A DNA stretch of 63,724 bases, filler included, from Phoronis australis (taxonomy: Eukaryota > Animalia > Phoronida): the NCBI GenBank assembly GCA_002633005.1. It is 7 parts of 7 records of this genome, joined end to end, with 100 filler letters (N's around TTAATTAATTAA, not from the genome) between each part and the next. Parts side by side here need not be neighbours in the genome. Positions count along the whole stretch, not along the records: positions 28,812 to 42,056 come from NMRA01001596.1; positions 42,157 to 62,404 come from NMRA01001262.1; 5 more parts are not named here. One strand, 5' to 3'. The position numbers were made by a program, and so were the translations under genes. Position 1 is the first letter of the stretch; every line of letters starts with the position of its first letter. The notes below the pieces were generated by a model. It was given only the letters and a program-made list of their open reading frames with translations, had not been told where the DNA came from and searched no databases. Shown here one piece after another: positions 39,261-52,158 of the stretch.

Positions 39261-40206
39261 CCTAAATGCCAGAAGGACCTAAATATCAGCACTTTTATAA
39301 AATCTTACATAAAGCATAATCTGAGAAATTATGCATTTTTGTTCCACTGTAATGCATTCAATGTCCGGCACTGTCTCGTTTTTAAACCATTGCCTCATTT
39401 TGATTTCACTGAAAGAGGGTGTAATTTAGACCCCCAAGATGGCCTAAGATATACAATCGCATAAATCAATTATAAAAGTCGAAAACAAAATCTTTTCCCA
39501 CTATGAAATCATCTCAATGAACTGAAAATACACCACGGTTTCATTTTTTCATTTGTTCTAACTCAAGTCGAAACCCATTTGCGCACGTGCGTGTGTCATA
39601 TCAAGAAGGCAAAAAGATGCTAAAAACTCCATTGAGATTGCAAGTACTTTTTTAGTTGTCTGCATTGACTTATCAAGACAAATTAATGCTATAATCGGAT
39701 TACATTTTATGGATAATTTTGTTGCGCAAAGAGCTGAATGTGTTCTAGCAGCAAAAATTTCCAAACAAGGAGTTGTAATTTGGTGACAAGGAGTCCGCGG
39801 CCACATGGTTAGTCAGTTTTCGGTGGTGTGGCATATGCGAAAACATGGAGTCCGATATATAGGTTCTCCGAGGGTATACAAATTGTGCTTTTTAAAGATC
39901 ACTCAGAACATAAATACTAGTATGGCTTACAGTGACAGTAACCAGAACGATTACGTATTAAAGGAAAGTCTTGATTTCAGTAAAGAATTTACAACAACCC
40001 AATGCAAAGTGTGCCAAAACATCCAATATTTAGATCGCTTTCATTGACTGACATAACAACAATGTGACTTTAATGAACAGTGAAAGGCATAATTCGCCAA
40101 AAAAATAACGGCCAGCTAGAGACGGTGATCACTGCCTACCACATATGTACACATGGAATTATAATTAACACAGGCATAAGTCAAGAGACGATTCAATCAA
40201 GATAAT

Positions 40207-40643
40207 TTGAACAAATCGATGAAAATCTGTCACAGTTTGCTCGAGTTTCTCTTACCGGGTGCCATTTTGAGGACGTCTCGCTCAGTCTCGCGCTCAAAGC
40301 CTTTGCCTAACTCACGTGACTCAGTTGAAATACTTTGTGGTTATCGCGCATGTGGTGAAAAAGTTAACGGTGACCAAAAAAGTGGAGTTGGAATTCTTCG
40401 CCAGTCACCTTAATTCTAGTAACTAAACTTCATCGAAGATATGTGTAGTAGAAAGGCACCACTGAAGAAAGTAAGCACTTGATAGTTTTAAGGGTGGAAT
40501 ATATTTTTGACGAGGTGAAAACTAATCGGTGGCTGAATTTGGTCTACCGCCCATTTAAAATACGCAGGACGAAATTCCTACAGAAAGCGATGGGAAGTAT
40601 TGTAGCCCCTAACCGGCCAACTGAGGGGCTGCGTGTTGCCTAG
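40207..40643. mobile_element. Second copy of the 58.6-59.2 kb repeat
   Basis: Colinear similarity from TTGAACAAATCGATGAAAATCTGTC to the hairpin plus GTGTTGCCTAG. Confidence 0.8.
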
Positions 40644-40678
40644 TATTGGCAGTATTGCCGAACACTGCAGCCAACCAC

Positions 40679-41844
40679 TAGGCAATGACCATCGCCTCTG
40701 TTGGCCCGAACCAGAGGCGATGCAGAGGCTATAGGCGCTCTGTACGCCGGAAGCTTTTTGGCGAATTATGCCTCGCACCGACTAAACCATCAAAGTCACG
40801 TTGTTATAAATACCTTTTGCGCATAGAGGAACACCTGAGGAGGTTGTCGATGTGTTTAATTTCTTCCAACTCGAACACATACTACCATTATCAAACTTTT
40901 TCTTCGAGCAGTCCCTATTTCAGTTCCCAAAATCGTGAAATCAAAATTTTCATTTTTTTTTAACCAGGCCAAAGGTCAGAAGTTGCGGTCCTACCGGCGA
41001 ATTTTGAAAGCTGAAGTCCCCGCCCTCTGCGTACGTGCTGCCGGGAACCAGCCGTGCATTTGCCATGTTGTTAAACATTAAAATGTCAAATATGTGCACA
41101 ATGACTATTAAATGTCATATCAACAGCATTTATTTTTATCAAATACAAACAATAATTCATTGAAATACAATCAGTTTCAAGTAACGCCAATTAAAGACAA
41201 GTATAAGTGCTGGCATTTTGGAAACGAACATTTGACTGAAAATATCGCAGTGGCTCACCCAGTGGTAGATCTACGATTTCTGTAAGGGGGGGTTTAGGAT
41301 TCGAGAGAATTCGAGGCGCGTAGCGCCGAGGAGAAGGAAGGTCGCGAGAGGGTTTCCGTCATCCCGTGTAAGATTTTTTTGGGCTTTTTAGTAGCTAATT
41401 TCGTTTTTCTGGCGATTTTTTTTCCAGTTTTTATTTTTGATCCTGTCCCGACAGGGGGTTTAAACCCCCTGAACCCCCCTGTAGATCCGCCTCTGTCACC
41501 TTTGGCCTATTTAAAGATTGAAGTCATGAAGTCACATCACCTAGCGCGCGCGGTAAAAATTGGAGCGTGCGCAGTATAAAAATGTTGAGTTCACGATTTT
41601 GGGAACTGAAATAGGGACTGCTCGAAGAAAAAGTTTGATAACGGGAGTATTTGTTCGAGTTGGAAGGAATTAAACACAACCTCCTAAGGTGTTCCTCTAT
41701 GCGCAAAAGGTATTTATAACAACGTGACTTTGATGGTTTCGGCAGTGCGAGGCATAATTCGCCGAAAAGCTTCCCGCGTACAGAGTGCCTATAGCCTCTG
41801 CATCGCCTCTGGTTCGGGCCAACAGAGGCGATGGTCATTGCCTA
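40679..41844. mobile_element. Foldback/Mutator-like non-autonomous element with ~270-bp TIRs and 9-bp TSD
   Basis: TIRs 40679-~40950 and ~41578-41844 begin TAGGCAATGACCATCGCCTCTG. Exact direct repeat GCCAACCAC at 40670-40678 and 41845-41853. The mirror-image ORFs at 40685+ and 41838- are by-products of the TIRs. Confidence 0.9.
41260..41495. mobile_element. Small MITE nested in the foldback element
   Basis: Termini CAGTGGTAGATCTAC..GTAGATCCGCCTCTG with G/C-rich subterminal runs; TCACC direct repeat at 41255-41259 and 41496-41500. Confidence 0.8.
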
Positions 41845-42246
41845 GCCAACCACAAGCCTCATTTACAAAAGGAGAAATCAAGTCGGTTGTGATTCAACAG
41901 CTATTACCTGCTGTTGTCACTGCTGAGAAGTTTGACAAGTCCCCACAGGAAGTCCTCGGAACCTGAGTGACACAAAAACCTGTTGATGGTCCGCTCTTTC
42001 TCGGCGTGAATATCGTCAACCAACATTTCTAACGCCTGGTGCGCCCGCTTGTCCCGNNNNNNNNNNNNNNNNNNNNNNNNNNNNNNNNNNNNNNNNNNNN
42101 TTAATTAATTAANNNNNNNNNNNNNNNNNNNNNNNNNNNNNNNNNNNNNNNNNNNNCCAGCCCCTATGGTGCGCCGCCCATGTCTTGTGAACGAGTACCT
42201 AGCAATAAAGTACAGTATAAACCAGTGTAGCATGAAGCATACTTAC

Positions 42247-42809
42247 CTATCCATACCAAGTTCGTCAACTAAATAACTTCCAGGGAGCCACTCGGTGGCA
42301 AACCAGTCGACATAGCTAGAGACTCCACAGCAAGAGTGTTCAATTTGCACAAAGTCCATTTCTTTCTTCATTTGGCCATTCGTCTTGTACCTGTTCAGCG
42401 CATCTATCAGTCCCTGCTCTACTGATCGAGATACCTCGGTGAGTTCGAAAATGCAAAATCCGGTGGAGAATACCGTAGCAGAGTACAACAGAACGCCGTA
42501 CAACAAGAATAAAAAGTAGAAAGGAAGTAGTTTCGCGCGTGCTTCGCTTGACGTCATGTCAATAGAGAGCTTAATGCCGCAAAAGCAGCCGACAATTGAG
42601 CACACTCCAATCGCTATCATTGCGGACGGTACAGAACCTTCATCGTAAGATGTAAGAAACGGGAGTTGATCTTCAACTGCTAATTTTATGTACAGCCCAA
42701 GTGTTAAAAGCGTAACCGACGGCAAAATGCAAACGAAGTACAAAGCCGTGTTTAGCATAGTAGCGAATCTCCGTTTCTTTTTGGTCATTATAACTTTTGG
42801 CAATCCCAT
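42247..42809 (-). CDS. Peripherin-2/ROM1 (RDS)-like tetraspanin, first coding exon
   Basis: ATG at 42809, three hydrophobic TM segments, then an EC2 loop with KKEMDFVQIEHSCCGVSSYVDWFATEW (CCG plus the D-W-F-x-x-x-W motif of the RDS subfamily). GTAAGT donor after 42247. Remaining exons not seen; an assembly gap follows at 42057-42156. Confidence 0.85.
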
Positions 42810-43250
42810 AGTAATTTTTCTAGCTTTGATTCACAAAGTCGATGTCATGATACGTTAATAAACAATGTCGTCAATGTTTTACGTGTCTTATTGTGACCCT
42901 GGGCAATACGTCACTCACAGGGACACGTTTTTGCAAGCAGAAAATGCTTAAGTGCCGCGGTGGTATACAAATGTAGACAAACATGAAAGTTGATTTTTGG
43001 GAAGCCATTGCCAAATCTTAGTGATGAAAACTACTACGCATCTATTATCCTGTCCCAGTGTCAAGATTCGGTTACACATCTTTAGGGAGGACTTCAGAGG
43101 GACTTCTGTATAATTACTTTGCTGATTCATACCATACATGTACTCTCATGCCTAAATCTACTTCATAATCACAGTTCATTTGCCTCGCAAATAATAACCT
43201 TGGCAGAAATGTATGTTTCATGTTTTGACTTGAAAGCATTGCTGGCTTAC

Positions 43251-46200
43251 CCCCATATCCTGTGCTACAGGCAAAGATTAGCCAACCAACACCGAGCGAC
43301 CACGCAATTCGCCATGTTGAATTGTACAGTGCTGACACCTCAAGTGTGAATGATTTACCCTCTCCGATCATGCTCTTCCAAGGTTCAAATAAGCCGTACA
43401 GCGTTGAGGTACAGAAAAACGCTGCTAAGGTCCAGCCCAGACCAAGGATAATCTACAAGACAAATATTAAAACGTGTCTCGAAAAGAATACAATTTCTGA
43501 AATAATGCAGAACGTGAATATTTGTGTTTCCGGTTAAAACGACTGCATGTGACATTTAAAAGGATACTAAATCCGGTTTTGATAATTTCCACAACTCCTC
43601 GTTACACTGTAGGTCACCAATGCATCATATATGCATTGGCGACAAACTTCAGAGTTAAGGCAGGATTTGGTAAAAAACACATAATCTCTATGTCACATAA
43701 TACATTTGGTCTATGGTAGGTGGTGTTTTCCGACAGTTGTCATGTAATTCGCTAAAACAGTAGGCTACGCTTGCTCGTTTAACAAACTTTAAAAGGAGCT
43801 TGAACATTTTCTTCTAAACTGAGTTTTCTGACTGTTGTCGAGGGTTACACAGCATAACTGTGTTTCAAAGAACTTGACGGAAAGTTGATTTTAGTGTCTG
43901 CTTATACAAAACCAACAACTGGGTTTGGTATCCTTTTAAAAGTACCATAGATGGCATACATGATCATGAGTCCGTTACATGATTTTTCCGTCTTAAATTA
44001 GACAAAATCGGGTTAACTTAAGACCAAACTCTTATAGACATATTTCTTGAAATTTCGTAAACCCAACCGAAATTGCTGAACTCAGTTGAAGCTAAAATCG
44101 AAAGTTAGCCTTCTACGGAACAAGCTGGAATATTGGACTTGTCTAGATGACCAAATATAGGGCTATTATAACTGTACACCGTTAAAGAACAAATTCCTTT
44201 GCCATTTTTCTCAATGCAGTGTCCTTAAACGTCAAATTGATCATCGATTGATTTCGACTCTTGAACTGGCAAAGTCCCTAGATCCAATACAGTGCATTTT
44301 GCCTAGGTCTTCTCATGCCAGACCCCAATTGTATCCAAAATATAAACAAATACTCATACCGATATTCGAAACTAAGATTATTCTTACAGGTAGCAGTGAC
44401 ACCTTTGGGCAATAATTCACGTTAGAACCGAATCATTTGAATACTTGTGAAACGCATAACCTGCAACTTACCCATCGACCAAGTCTGTGCTTAATGGGCA
44501 ATTCACATTTCCATTTGTAAAGTAGAAAGCCGACGTAGACTCCGACGACGTATGGCCCGACTCGTGTCCACGGTCGTACGTAGAGAATATCCCAGTCGTC
44601 AGGTCTTTTGTGACTGAAAACAAATAACCAGGTTAATAAATTGTAGGAAGCAGGTAGCCCTGATGTTAGAAAATTCACGCTCAGTTTTAACTGCAATGGT
44701 TTCATTCACACAATTCATTATTTTTAAGCTTTAGCATGTGCACTGCTGGATGAGGCACATGTAGGATACATACTGGTTTAGAGGGGGAATAATGCCATTA
44801 GGTCCAAATCCATTGTACGAGGAGATGACACCACGTGTTATCAGACAGCCCAGCATAAAGAGAAAGGATATGATAGATCCAGCAATGGGCCACCTGAAAC
44901 AATGCATTTCATGCATGCAGTTTAAACCCTTAAACGAGAACAGACTGTGATACAAGATGTCTTTTTAAATACAGTGTACATCTGGGAGAACCGAGTTGAA
45001 GCAACGTTTGTCTTACCCAAGATAGATGATGTAACGACTTATAAAATAACGAGCTTTAAACTTTCAAGAGAATTGATACGAAGCTTGTGACTATTGGTTG
45101 CGAAAGAAAACATTTCATCTTCTATTTGAGAAGAAAGTAGAGTATTAGAGGTTCGTTCCTGACTGCAACTTGAAAAATGAGACATACCTGTACAGGGGGT
45201 AAACCATCATTGGGGCAATAATGTAGAATTGCATGTCGTTGGCCAGGTACCAACTCCAGCCCATACACTGAAAAGATCACTTGAGACAAATACACTGTAT
45301 GGTATGTATTGGCTTCTGTTTTGAAGAGTCAATTAAACTGGATCATCTTGACCCTAGAGCAGCGGAAACAGGAAATCAATTTTCACCTAACTCACTGAAA
45401 CTTACTTGCCACGTCACGGATCCGTCTGTCACATTTAATGGAGATTTTTGACTGTTTGTTTTCGTGCGAAAATGTCGCCCTCTACTGGTGGACATAGACA
45501 TCAAAATATCGTGAGTTAGACAATATTTAGATCTAGCCTTCAGGATTTTTAGCTTTCACCCACACAGACACTATAAAAACCCGCTTAAACTGATATCTCT
45601 TTCTATATATTACACACAAGTCAGCTGTCTCGAGTGAGTGTTCCGTGCCACTAAATTACCTACACTGTACAGGTGTAAGCATAGCAAGTTTTATATTATT
45701 GGGTGTCGCCCTCAAGAGCTGAGACATAACTCTGACTTTATTTTGCAGCGCCTCCATGTGGTAAGAGAGCACTGCAAATGTCATCGTCATGACAACAAAA
45801 CTGTTTAGCGTGGCCGCCACGAAAATTGTTGGGCGGAAGCAACACTCACGGGTTGTTGGACATTCCCATTGGACAAAAGTATGTCATTTATGTCATTCGT
45901 CATTATCGTTTGCTTCAGGGGAACGGACTTCTCGGCCCTAATTACGATTGCAAGTTTCCCAGAAGGTGCTCATTTGAAATTTGAGGAACAAGTACTCGAA
46001 CGAGCACCCCAGTTTGGCGAATTGGGAAAAATGTCCGCCCCAGTGAAACTTGAAGTCCAAGTAAACGAGACAAAAATCCACAAAAACCCCAGGAATTCGG
46101 CGAGGATGCACGATTGGGCGGTCCGAACCTAGTGGCCCCGTTTTTTTAGTCCTCGTTGATTTTTTTCAGTAAAAGCTCCGCATAAAGAAGAATTCCAGCT

Positions 46201-49200
46201 CCCCCTATATTTTAGGCTGGGTGCGCACATGATATGGGGGCATGGCACATCAAAAACGCCCTCGGTATGCTGTTGTTCGGGCTTTTACTCTACATTCCCC
46301 TTGCTTCTGGGCAACCATACAGAGGAGTGTCGCAAGTGACATACATGTTCATTTGTACGTTTTGAATAATGTCCTGTTAAGGATACGTTGTCAGGGATTG
46401 CAAGGCGACTATCACAATAATTGTATTTGGATTATAAGTACATGTAGTTCAGTTTTGTAGCAATTTACATGTACTGAAATTATCTTGGTAGGAAAGAAGG
46501 GACGCTGTGTTGAGTATCAAGTGTCTTCATCTCCATCACTCATTCTATTTTCAGTACCTTACCTAACACTGTAAGGTGAAGTAAACGGAAGTTAAAATGT
46601 ATAAAACGACGAATATACATGTCCAAGCTACGGACATGTTTAAATATCCGATAGGTACCCTCCTTATCGTTGTAGAAGGCTAATGTTGAATTACAATCTG
46701 CTGGTCCGGTTTCTGATATTAACGTCCATTTGGTAACAGTATACATGTACTGATCACATCTTCGTTATAAGAAGGCCTGATTGATAATGAATGTGAATAG
46801 GTATAATCCTCACAATCGGGGGTCATCAATTTCTCCCGGCCCTTACATGCACTTAACACCCGGGGTCTCATTTGCCTCCTTTTGTAGAAATCTAATGTAT
46901 TTCCAGCTTTTCAAATACACAAGTATATTTTTCCAAGACACCGACTACATGTATATTTAGATGGCTAATATTCAACGGCCGTGGTTGGCCCCTACCATTT
47001 TATTGGATCGGACAACGTTGTTGACGTAGAGTGCATTTGTCCACCAATTGCTTTTGCAGTTTGGGTCGATATCGTCACGTATCCACAGTGGCCCATCTCC
47101 AATGTACTTCAGCAGGCAGTAATATACCATGAGTACCAACATATACGCCGGGGTCAGCCTAAGCAACACCAAAAACATACAAATTCATTAAAGCCTAACA
47201 TAAACGGAATTTTGTCATTTTAGATGTATTGGGCTAAGCAGATAGTCCTAGCAAAGCCTTAGTAAAGTAAAAAAAAACGCGAGTTCAATTACGCAAATGA
47301 AAGCACATCGAAAGATGGGTACATGTAAAGCTGTCTTTTTGTGCCCTGTTGGTCACGTGACGTAATTACTGGAAGATTGGTATAAAAGTCGAAAGTGAAA
47401 TTGTACTTGCAGAAAGTATGTATTGTGGGGAAATGAGTTCTTCAGTTTTGAAGATATTTGGTCAGATCAGCAGACTTGTCGATTAAGGTCTTCACATTAG
47501 AAGGTTTAATCCAACTGGGTAATCAGAAGCAGAGCACTACCAATGGGTGCGACTGATCTAAAAATCAATACACGTACCTCACATATCTGTGTACATAGAA
47601 CATTAACCAATTCAGCCGCCCTTGTCTCTTCTCCAACTCACTCAAGGTCAGATAGGCCACAAGTAGTCCACTGAAAAGAACAAGTTCAGCAAGTCTTTAA
47701 AATGTCCTGGTATTTCGTTCTACTAAGGAATTTTTGTAGGACGGACTGCACGTGCATCGCTATTGACTGATGGCAAGAGAACCACATACAGTGTAGAAGC
47801 ATCCAGGGCGAGTCACGTCAGGTCACAGAGCACTGGAGTACACGAGTTTAGAAATTAGCTTTGTAGACAAAAAGGCAGGTACGCATTTCGCCTTACGACG
47901 ATCATTGAGCAAGAGATCTCAACCGTTTAGCTCCAAACTACAACATGTTGTAGTATTGTTTACAGTAAGCACTTCAATTTCATTAATCGTGTAAGCTTTA
48001 GGTTTTTCTAGTCCACGATCTAAAAGAAAATGTTTGCGACATGCCACCTTTGCGGCCTCAGCGGCATTTTCCTTCGAAAAAGTCGTTGTTTCTCTGCCTT
48101 TCATGACCCTGGTTAAACAAGTTACGAAGTGGATTCGTACCTCATTAGAAAAAACGTATCGACGCTAAGTGTCGCGTTGACAATAGCCTGAAAAGTCCAT
48201 CGCTCGACGAATCTTTTAAAGTCTCCACCGTTATCTTAAAAATAAAACAAATGTTATATAAAATGAATGTCGCATACTTGTAGCCTCACCTGACCACAGC
48301 AGTAGACTCCTAAATAATAAACGAGTACGCAAAAAAACTCCCAAAACGCATGTTGCCGGTGGCTGTTTTCATTCATTACAAATTAGAAGGTCTACGTTGA
48401 GGATCAAAGCTCAAGACAAGTGTTTAGTAAAGTCTGTGCTTGAGTACACCATATTTTATGCAAATGAACATATAGTCCTAGTTCCCACTTGACGACAAAT
48501 TCAAGCGGCAAGCACGAGTTGAAAATCGAGATTCCAAGTAAAAACTCGAAATTCAGAGTTCGAACTCAAACGTCTGGCATTAAACTTGAGGAAATAAAGT
48601 TCCCGCTAGTAGTTTACAGTCGTCCGTCTAAGCAACCGAGTACTCTAGCATTGGGTAGACCCTCATCTTGAATAGAGTAGAAAACATGACAAAATTCTTC
48701 GAGTTCGCTTTGTGGTAAAAAGAATAGAACCCGGTCCCGACCATGGGAGATAATTTTCGGGGTGGATTATCTCCGATTAGTACGGGGAGCTAAGTGAACC
48801 CCACACTTCAGGTGTTGGTGTCATGAGCATCCGCGATAATGACCCATAACCATTACCACCACAATCGTGAGCACCATAACCACCACCACCAACGTCACGA
48901 CTACCATCACCGCCACACTTACTGTATAACCTTAACTGTGTTGGCCAGAAGAGTGTATGACCTAAGATCACCCAGGTCATACTGAGGAAGCGTATGCCAT
49001 TTAGACACGAGAGGGGGTTCTTCTGACCAACGCTCATTATCTTGCACGCGTTCGAGTAAAGCGAGAAGGAACGAATGATCTTCTCCAGCACACCTGGAAC
49101 ACAACCACGAAGACATTAACTCTGGTGTGAATATTTACATGTGCATCAGGATTATTACACTGTAGCCAACGGAGACATTTCGCGCATACTGTGCATGCCA

Positions 49201-49619
49201 TTTAAATGAAGGAAATGTGACGATGCACTTTGGAGCCGAAACGAGACAACTTGTAGCAGGACCTATTTCTTTGACGAAATGAACTTAAAGAGGGAGATGC
49301 CTGCCGTTTAAGTAGTATTTAAACCATTTTCAAGATACACACGGCACTTGTAAATTGTGTAGCTCCAGTTGCCATCGCGGCCAGTAGCACAGAGCTTGAT
49401 GGAAAATAGCTCACCCACATGAAACAAATTTAAGAGGAATTATTCGTGCGAAACCTACCCGGTGGTGTATCCGTCTGTTTAGTTTCTTGTAAAGTGCCTA
49501 TTTCAGTGAGAAATTCTTGATCAATATCGGTCTTGCTGCCACAGGATTTCAAACAAGACATGAACACATCAAAGAAAGTTCCAGCAGCAACAGCTATCAA
49601 TATAAGGGAGATGATGGCT
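43251..49619 (-). CDS. NRF-6 / O-acyltransferase-like (OACYL, acyltransferase_3) paralog A, partial
   Basis: Nine in-phase GT-AG exons: 49619-49459, 49093-48923 (CLNGIRFLSMTWVILGH), 48234-48141 (NATLSVDTFFLMS), 47670-47578 (GLLVAY..YVHRYVR), 47158-46996 (LTPAY..WWTNALYVNN), 45267-45188 (CMGWSWYLANDMQFY), 44893-44774, 44613-44472 (YVRPWTRVGPY) and 43452-43251 (..CSTGYGG). NRF-domain exons and final exons were not found. Confidence 0.93.
43560..43935. mobile_element. Kolobok-like MITE (TTAA TSD)
   Basis: TTAA|AAGGATACTAAATCCGGTT..AACTGGGTTTGGTATCCTT|TTAA; RR..YY ends. Confidence 0.75.
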
Positions 49620-50281
49620 CTGAAAGGACCGAGGGAAATTACTATTTTATTATGCAACATTTCCGGTTTTGCTACCACTACTGGTACGTCACTCGTTTGA
49701 TTCATTAAACGCAGCTCAATGACTTCCGATAAATGTTGCCCAGTACACTATTTCACTGTGCTACTAAAGGTAAAACTGTGACATGCTCTTTATCACCGCT
49801 TCTAAATGGTTAAAGAAATGAAACCGACGTCATAATATTCAGTAATTCCCATTGCTTCAAATCTGGAAAACCATTCAGTTTACCACGTAGTTTGGTGACG
49901 AACTTTGACTTTAATAAATTATATTTATTAAAACGGACAGTAATCTCTGTAAACAAAATCAAGGGAACCCCGATCCCCTAGCTAAGCCCGAACAAATGCA
50001 GTGCGTACATGTACATATGGAGGGTGTGTGCAAGTCGTGGCGATGTGATCTATAAATTTTCGAACAAGCATGTGCGTTGATGCCCGCAAACGGAATTCCG
50101 TGTGTCGTCCATCACTTTTCCACAGGGCTGCTTTTCAGTATAAGTGCCGCTGTGTAAGAGGGTAGTTGGCCGAAGGTTCTTAAGATAAATATTTCATTCA
50201 AGCCACTGGAACTCCAGGTGTCGTTGTTCGTGCTCCGGCTAAATTACACACTGGATCATGCAACCAAATTCGGTAAGCAGN

Positions 50282-50380
50282 TTGTTCGAGACTATCCTGC
50301 CATTCGTCGAAGTCATTCAAGCTGAAAACACCAGCAATGAAGAGGAACAGGGCTATCACTTTAGCGGTTTTCAAAATCAT
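50282..50380 (-). CDS. Possible signal-peptide first exon of OACYL paralog A
   Basis: MILKTAKVIALFLFIAGVFSLNDFDEWQDSLEQ has a basic N-terminus and hydrophobic core, lies on the right strand just upstream of paralog A, and is interrupted by a single N at 50281. Confidence 0.4.
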
Positions 50381-52158
50381 GCCAGGTGATTCAAAACCAC
50401 TCAACATATAGGAAATAAATAATACATTCGTATCCACAAAACGCATGTATTTATAGTGTAGATATCAGCGCCCCTGTACCGGCATTATCTTGGCAATGTC
50501 CCGTGATTCCCTACTCTGAAAACAGTTAAGCGCCAAAGTGTAGCCCGAATGTAAAGCCTACTTCGGAGGCGACAGATGACAATTCTGCTGAGTTCCTGAC
50601 AACAAAGCATTTCATTGTTATGAATCATGACGCACGTTTTGTTTCATAGTTTTGTATGTCCTTGAAATAAAACGTGCCCCATCATTCGGAGGTTATCCGT
50701 AATTTCTTTGTTTACAAAGGATACTACATGTATACTCTGTTAAGTATTGGGTCTACCATATGTAGATGTACATGTAAATGCAATTCGGTAAATCTTTGAG
50801 GTAACAGAGTACAATGGGTTTAATTGTCATGTGAGGATAAAAGATAGTGTGGAAACAGAGTGATTGCGACACAATGTACACTATAACAACCGTCATGTGA
50901 GGATTTTATGAATATGCTTTACGCTATTGTATGGCGGGTACTAGACCCAAGTACCGAGAAGAATATTCATGATGGACATGCGTGAAATTGGGGTGTTTAT
51001 CAAAATTTTATTGCCAGAGCTATCAAATACTACTTTTAAGCCCTAAATGATAGCGGTTAAAATTTGTGGCGGCAGACTCATGGAACTGAACAAATCACAT
51101 GCGAATTGGTGTCGGTTACTCTAGAAATGAAGACATCAATCAAATTATGATTGTGAGTTTTCGATTATCTTTTTTCTGTTATCACTGTTCGTATAGGCAC
51201 TGTAAGCAACAACTCAAAAAATGTGAGGCTGCACTGCAAGTTACTGTATATAAATGTGGAGTAAGTACGTGGTTGCATGGAACAGTTACTGTACCAAATA
51301 GAGATTCAGCTAATTTTCCTGAAATATGTTGAGTATCTTTGAAATAGAGAAAATATGTGCTAGCCAAAATCACGTGTTGTCGTTAAAAATACACATCAAT
51401 ATGCCACGTAATCCCACGAAGTCCTGCTTCTTATTAATCGATTTTCTAGCGTTAGTGAACTCTTCTCTGATATGTCTATTTACATTGGGGAATCTCCCTT
51501 ACAATGATGTAATTTGCGATTGGAAACTGTCCATTGTGACCACACGTGATTGTCCAGAATTTTGCAAATAAGTGGTAGTTCTCTCAAGACGACTGTTAAC
51601 GCTTTATTAAGTGACTGATCTACCGTCAGACTTGAGGTCCTGTCTGTCCTACTATTAACACAACACAGATAAACGTGTGATGAGTGTTACCAGTAAACGA
51701 GCAATACATAGCATCTTTCGAATATACATTAATCCAACATCATTTTGAAGTTGCTGAGTTTTTGTGCTGCCTTAGCGAGAGTTTTTACAGTAGCATCCGA
51801 TATATATCGGGGCCAGTGATTGGATTATTTTTGTTACGGCCAGTCTGTAAGTGTCGTAAACTTAGTAAAATTCCAGAGCAATTCAACAACAACTTCTTTA
51901 GAATGCAGTTTTATGTAAACATGTCTTATTCAAGCGTTGTCGGATATAGAAAAAGTGCATCAATATTCTGGCACGAACACTAATCCATAAACCTATGAAC
52001 TGCAAGTGTGCAGCAGAATAAATTTATGATGCTCACAAGGTTAACCTTATATCTATAGCCTAGTATCTAAATACCAGATTGCAGGGTCACCTGATGTGGT
52101 GCCTCGTCGTCGATATGGCAGATTGCAGTCCTTGAACATTACGACATCGCTGTCAGTT

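Noticed and set aside
40578-41966. Duplicated small protein genes (MTIASVGPNQRR.. on both strands)
   Set aside because: These are the two TIRs of one foldback element read in mirror image; no recognisable domain.
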